Below are positions 60,677-64,000 of a stretch of DNA of 64,000 nt, in pieces; the stretch's first letter is position 1, and each line of letters opens with the position of its first letter. A program made the translations under genes and the position numbers. Source of the stretch: Candidatus Omnitrophota bacterium. Lineage in GTDB: Bacteria > Omnitrophota > Gorgyraeia > Gorgyraeales > Gorgyraeaceae. The notes under the pieces were generated by a model. It was given only the letters and a program-made list of their open reading frames with translations. It did no database searches and was not told the DNA's origin. The stretch is from contig JAUSEX010000026.1 in NCBI GenBank assembly GCA_030649895.1, positions 16,823 to 80,822 on the forward strand. Direction: 5' to 3'.

Positions 60677-61626
60677 AGTCCTTTCAGATTATCTGTCCAT
60701 TCCGGTATGCGCTTACGCATTATAGTGCTCATAACCTGCCTGAATCCATTTTTTAGCCCTGCTTTTTCAGCCAGCCTTATTGCCTCCATGTATTCCCTGG
60801 CGGTAATCCTGCGGTCTATTTCTGGATATTTATCCGCCAGATAACCGGAATAATATTGCGCCATCACATTAACATATGTATCGGGCGATAACTCATTAGC
60901 GATAAACTCAAATACTTCCTGACTGCCAGCTAAATCCTCAGGCAACACAAGATGTCTTATTAAAAGACCTTTCTTCGCAATGCCTCTATCCATCTTTAAA
61001 TCGCCAACCTGCCTGTACATTTCCTTTACCGCTATTTTATTTATCTCAAAATAATCCGGCGCATTTGAATATTTTTTAGCAGAACTACTATCGGAATATT
61101 TCATATCAGGCATATAAATATCTATTATTCCGTCCAAAATCTCCAAAGCTTCTATCGATTCATACCCACCCGAGTTATAAACTAGAGGAATATTTAAACC
61201 CAATTCTTTTGCAATAAATACAGCTTTTAAAATCTGCGGCATATAATGAGCAGGCGTTACAAAATTTATGTTGTGGCAGCCTTCAGCCTGCAGTTTCAGC
61301 ATCATGCCAGCCAATTCCTCTACGCTTACTTCTTTGCCGCTACCAAGCTGGCTTATAGGATGATTCTGGCAGAATACGCACCTGAGGCTGCAATGTGTAA
61401 AAAATATAGTGCCTGAGCCGGATCTGCCAGAAATAGGCGGCTCTTCTCCGAAATGGGCGTGAAAACTCGAAACCATCGGCAATAATCCTGCCTTGCAAAA
61501 CCCTATCTGGCCCTTAAGCCTGTTCACCCCGCATTTCCTGGGGCAAATACAGCATTTTTCCATCAATTTATAAGCCTTCTTGATTCTTCCTTGCATAACC
61601 GCCTTAAAATTTTGCAATACTTTCAT
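60673..61626 (-). CDS. Radical SAM protein, PflX-like (COG1313-type, N-terminal Cys-rich C.CPR.C)
   Basis: CSLRCVFCQN radical-SAM cluster motif and an N-terminal CCICPRKCGVNR. It is 4-nt coupled to recG. Confidence 0.7.
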   Translation of the reverse strand: MKVLQNFKAVMQGRIKKAYKLMEKCCICPRKCGVNRLKGQIGFCKAGLLPMVSSFHAHFGEEPPISGRSGSGTIFFTHCSLRCVFCQNHPISQLGSGKEVSVEELAGMMLKLQAEGCHNINFVTPAHYMPQILKAVFIAKELGLNIPLVYNSGGYESIEALEILDGIIDIYMPDMKYSDSSSAKKYSNAPDYFEINKIAVKEMYRQVGDLKMDRGIAKKGLLIRHLVLPEDLAGSQEVFEFIANELSPDTYVNVMAQYYSGYLADKYPEIDRRITAREYMEAIRLAEKAGLKNGFRQVMSTIMRKRIPEWTDNLKGL

Positions 61627-61629
61627 AGG

Positions 61630-61683
61630 CCATAGACGCTTCGTAAGCGTAATAATTAAAAAACAGGCTGTAAACCGTAGCGG
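61630..61683. repeat. Family-4 conserved intergenic element, short form, abutting the radical-SAM start codon
   Basis: Aligns to 42461-42543 (minus the 29-nt insertion) at about 90% identity. Confidence 0.6.
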
Positions 61684-61776
61684 CCGGCGAAGCTTTTCTT
61701 AAAACCTGCCAGAGCCAGATACTGTAATATCTATTACCTGACTATTCAAATAATCCAATTATTCCTATCATTTTCC

Positions 61777-61805
61777 TTGCATATTATATCATACTATGCT
61801 ATTAT
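61777..61805 (+). promoter_or_regulatory. Candidate σ70 promoter for rpmB (TTGCAT-17 nt-TATTAT)
   Basis: Spacing and sequence were read from the plus strand, about 38 nt upstream of the AAGGAG RBS. Confidence 0.4.
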
Positions 61806-61842
61806 TTTAATCTCAATAACTTAAAAATAAAAGGAGCTTTAC

Positions 61843-62070
61843 ATGTCAAAGGTTTGCGAAATATGCGGAAAAAGACCTGCTGCAGGAAGAACTATTGCGC
61901 GAAGAGGCCTTGCTAAATCAAAAGGCGGAGTAGGCTTAAAGATCACCGGAGTAAATATAAGAAGGTTTATGCCTAATTTGCAGGTTGCTAAGATCATTAC
62001 AAAAGGAACCGTTAAAAGAATAAAGATATGCACCGGCTGCCTTAGGGCCGGAAAAGTTCAGAAGGCTTAA
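61843..62070 (+). CDS. rpmB: 50S ribosomal protein L28 (C+ zinc-ribbon form)
   Basis: MSKVCEICGKRP...RRFMPNLQ L28 signature and a C-terminal CTGC. There is a strong RBS. Confidence 0.85.
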   Translation: MSKVCEICGKRPAAGRTIARRGLAKSKGGVGLKITGVNIRRFMPNLQVAKIITKGTVKRIKICTGCLRAGKVQKA

Positions 62071-63757
62071 TATCCTCTATCTTCAGCTGAATAGTATTTG
62101 TTCCTTGCCAATTATTAATTGAAACCGTATAAGCCATATCAAAGCTGGAATGATTTTTCAGTATGAGCTCTATATCTCCGTCTTTGGCCATCCCAAAGCC
62201 TATTGTTTCAATTTTTTTTACGCCGTCCGTAACCTGAAATTTTATATGCTCCCCCTTCAATACCCTGACCGGCTGGGCTAACTTGAGATTTCTGGAACAG
62301 AATACCGGTTCAGGATTCCCTTCTCCAAAAGGCTCTAATATTGCTATATCATTTACTGTTTTATAATCCAACAGGCTCAGTTCTATATCCATATCAATAG
62401 ACAAAGACTGGATCAGGTCTTCTGTTGCCATGGCTCCGACAGCCAATTCATTTATAAATTTTATAAATCCGGGAAGATTTTCTTCAAGTATGGTCAGGCC
62501 GCAGGCATATTGATGGCCTCCGTATTCTTTCAAAAATTCTCCGCAGCTAGTAAGCGCTTCAAATAAATGGAAATTTTCAATAGACCTCCCGGAACCTCTT
62601 CCTATGCCATTTTTAGTAGAAATAAGAATTGCGGGCCTGTTAAATTTATCAGATATCCTGGAAGCCACGATACCCATCACCCCTGTATGCCAATCTTCAT
62701 TATGGAGCACTATTACCCTATGATCTTTGAAATTTATATCTCTCTCTATTTTAGATATCGCCTCTTTTAAAGTATTCTTTTCTATTTTTTGCCTTTCCTG
62801 GTTTGCCTCATTTAATTTCTTCGCAAGCCCCCTTGCCTTTTCATCATCATCCGTCAGCAAAAGCTCGACTGCCGTGCCTGCAGAACCAAGCCTTCCGGCT
62901 GCATTTATTCTGGGGCCTAAAATAAAGCCTATTTCAAAAGCTCCTATTTTATCTTTTTTAATGCCGCTTACTTCAATAAGAGCCTTTATCCCTTTATTGG
63001 AACCCGGGCCTTTTAACAACTTTAAACCCTCTTTAACAAGGATCCTGTTTTCTCCCAGTATAGGGGCTACATCAGAAATAGTGCCAAGCGAAACAAGATC
63101 CAGATGCTTCCAGAAATTCCTGTTATTAAGCTCCGCGCTCAATGCCTGGCATAATTTAAATGCGACGCTTACGCCTGAAAGATTTTTATCAGGATAAGCG
63201 CACGCCTTTTGACGCGGGTTTACTATCGCGTAGGCGCTAGGCAATATTTTTGGAGGTTCATGGTGGTCTGTAACTATGACATCTATACCATGTTTATTCA
63301 AAGCGCCTACCTCTTCATGGCTTGAAATGCCGCAGTCAACCGTTATAACCAGATTTGCCTTTATTCTCACAGCCTCTTCAACGCCGCTTGGACTTAAGCC
63401 GTAACCCTCGGTTAACCTGTCAGGAATATAATAAACAGGTTCTGCGCCGAATTCTTTCAAAGTAAAAAATAAAAGCGCTGTGGCAGTCACGCCATCTACA
63501 TCATAATCCCCGTGTATCAGTATCTTTTCCTTCTCGCTCAGGGCCTTTTTTATGCGAGAAACAGCCTCGTGCATCCCTTCCATCAAAAATGGGTTATAAA
63601 GCTCGGAAAGATTGCTGTTTAGGAACGCTCTTATTTTATCAATATCATATATGCCGCGATTTACCAGCAACTGGGAAATTACAGGAGAAATCGAAAGATT
63701 ATCGCGCAAATGTTTCTGCAGGGCGATATCGGGTTGGCAAATATTCCATCGCTTCAT
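62042..63757 (-). CDS. recJ: Single-stranded-DNA-specific exonuclease RecJ
   Basis: DHH motifs (HGDYDVDG, DHH), a DHHA1 domain (GGGH) and a C-terminal OB fold. Confidence 0.9.
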   Translation of the reverse strand: MKRWNICQPDIALQKHLRDNLSISPVISQLLVNRGIYDIDKIRAFLNSNLSELYNPFLMEGMHEAVSRIKKALSEKEKILIHGDYDVDGVTATALLFFTLKEFGAEPVYYIPDRLTEGYGLSPSGVEEAVRIKANLVITVDCGISSHEEVGALNKHGIDVIVTDHHEPPKILPSAYAIVNPRQKACAYPDKNLSGVSVAFKLCQALSAELNNRNFWKHLDLVSLGTISDVAPILGENRILVKEGLKLLKGPGSNKGIKALIEVSGIKKDKIGAFEIGFILGPRINAAGRLGSAGTAVELLLTDDDEKARGLAKKLNEANQERQKIEKNTLKEAISKIERDINFKDHRVIVLHNEDWHTGVMGIVASRISDKFNRPAILISTKNGIGRGSGRSIENFHLFEALTSCGEFLKEYGGHQYACGLTILEENLPGFIKFINELAVGAMATEDLIQSLSIDMDIELSLLDYKTVNDIAILEPFGEGNPEPVFCSRNLKLAQPVRVLKGEHIKFQVTDGVKKIETIGFGMAKDGDIELILKNHSSFDMAYTVSINNWQGTNTIQLKIEDIKPSELFRP

Positions 63758-64000
63758 GGTAGCTGTTTATGGCTGAGAGGCTCTACATGCACAATCACAT
63801 CTGTAATTCCTGGTATCTTTTCTTTCAGGGCATTGCTTATCCTGTGACTAAGCTCGTGCGCAGCGTCAACGTGCATGCTCGTATTAACTGTTACGTGAAG
63901 ATCCACATGCACATCATCTTCTCTTCCTCTAGCCCTTATTTTATGCGTGGATTTAACCCCGGATACCCCGTTTACTACTTTCTCTATCTTTGCTTTTTCA
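63754..64000 (-). CDS. Cation diffusion facilitator family transporter, C-terminal part; the gene continues past the window end
   Basis: Reverse-complement translation gives ...GVSGVKSTHKIRARGREDDVHVDLHVTVNTSMHVDAAHELSHRISNALKEKIPGITDVIVHVEPLSHKQLP*, the CDF cytoplasmic domain. Its stop overlaps the recJ ATG (ATGA). Confidence 0.7.
   Translation of the reverse strand, partial: EKAKIEKVVNGVSGVKSTHKIRARGREDDVHVDLHVTVNTSMHVDAAHELSHRISNALKEKIPGITDVIVHVEPLSHKQLP

Overview
This is a 64 kb bacterial chromosomal segment of moderate-to-low GC, with about 60 of 62 genes on the minus strand. It is mostly core metabolism and information processing. The recognisable genes are:

- secG, tpiA, pgk, gap, fmt, def, priA, ligA, recG, recJ, xerC/D and a family-4 uracil-DNA glycosylase;
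- a riboflavin operon (ribBA, ribH, nusB, a PHP-domain gene, ribD, ribE);
- thrC, hom, gpsA, pta and ackA;
- the lipid cluster yceD-rpmF-plsX-fabH-fabD-fabG-acpP-fabF;
- rsmD, coaD and rpmB;
- two tRNA-Pro genes, and a partial peptide-ABC transporter at the left edge.

Two blocks look accessory.

1. A roughly 12 kb α-glucan module sits between gap and pgk-tpiA-secG. It carries four GH57 enzymes (one a branching enzyme, one a 4-α-glucanotransferase), glgA, a GT4 glycosyltransferase, a DUF4912 protein, a tiny DUF2934 protein, a stand-alone CBM48 domain and a sensor-less histidine kinase with a LuxR-type regulator. Just upstream are tandem GalT-like genes, one of which lacks the catalytic His.
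2. A secretin-less type II secretion / type IV pilus-like operon (gspE-F-G-I-J-K-L-M-like).

The ribBA leader has a consensus promoter, an FMN riboswitch with its terminator, and an unusual 54-nt perfect GC-rich palindrome. Four families of conserved palindromic or intergenic repeats recur, mostly directly after stop codons of minus-strand genes. There are no CRISPR arrays, no phage integrase and no obvious defence genes. Coordinates of small elements were indexed by hand and may be off by 1–2 nt.
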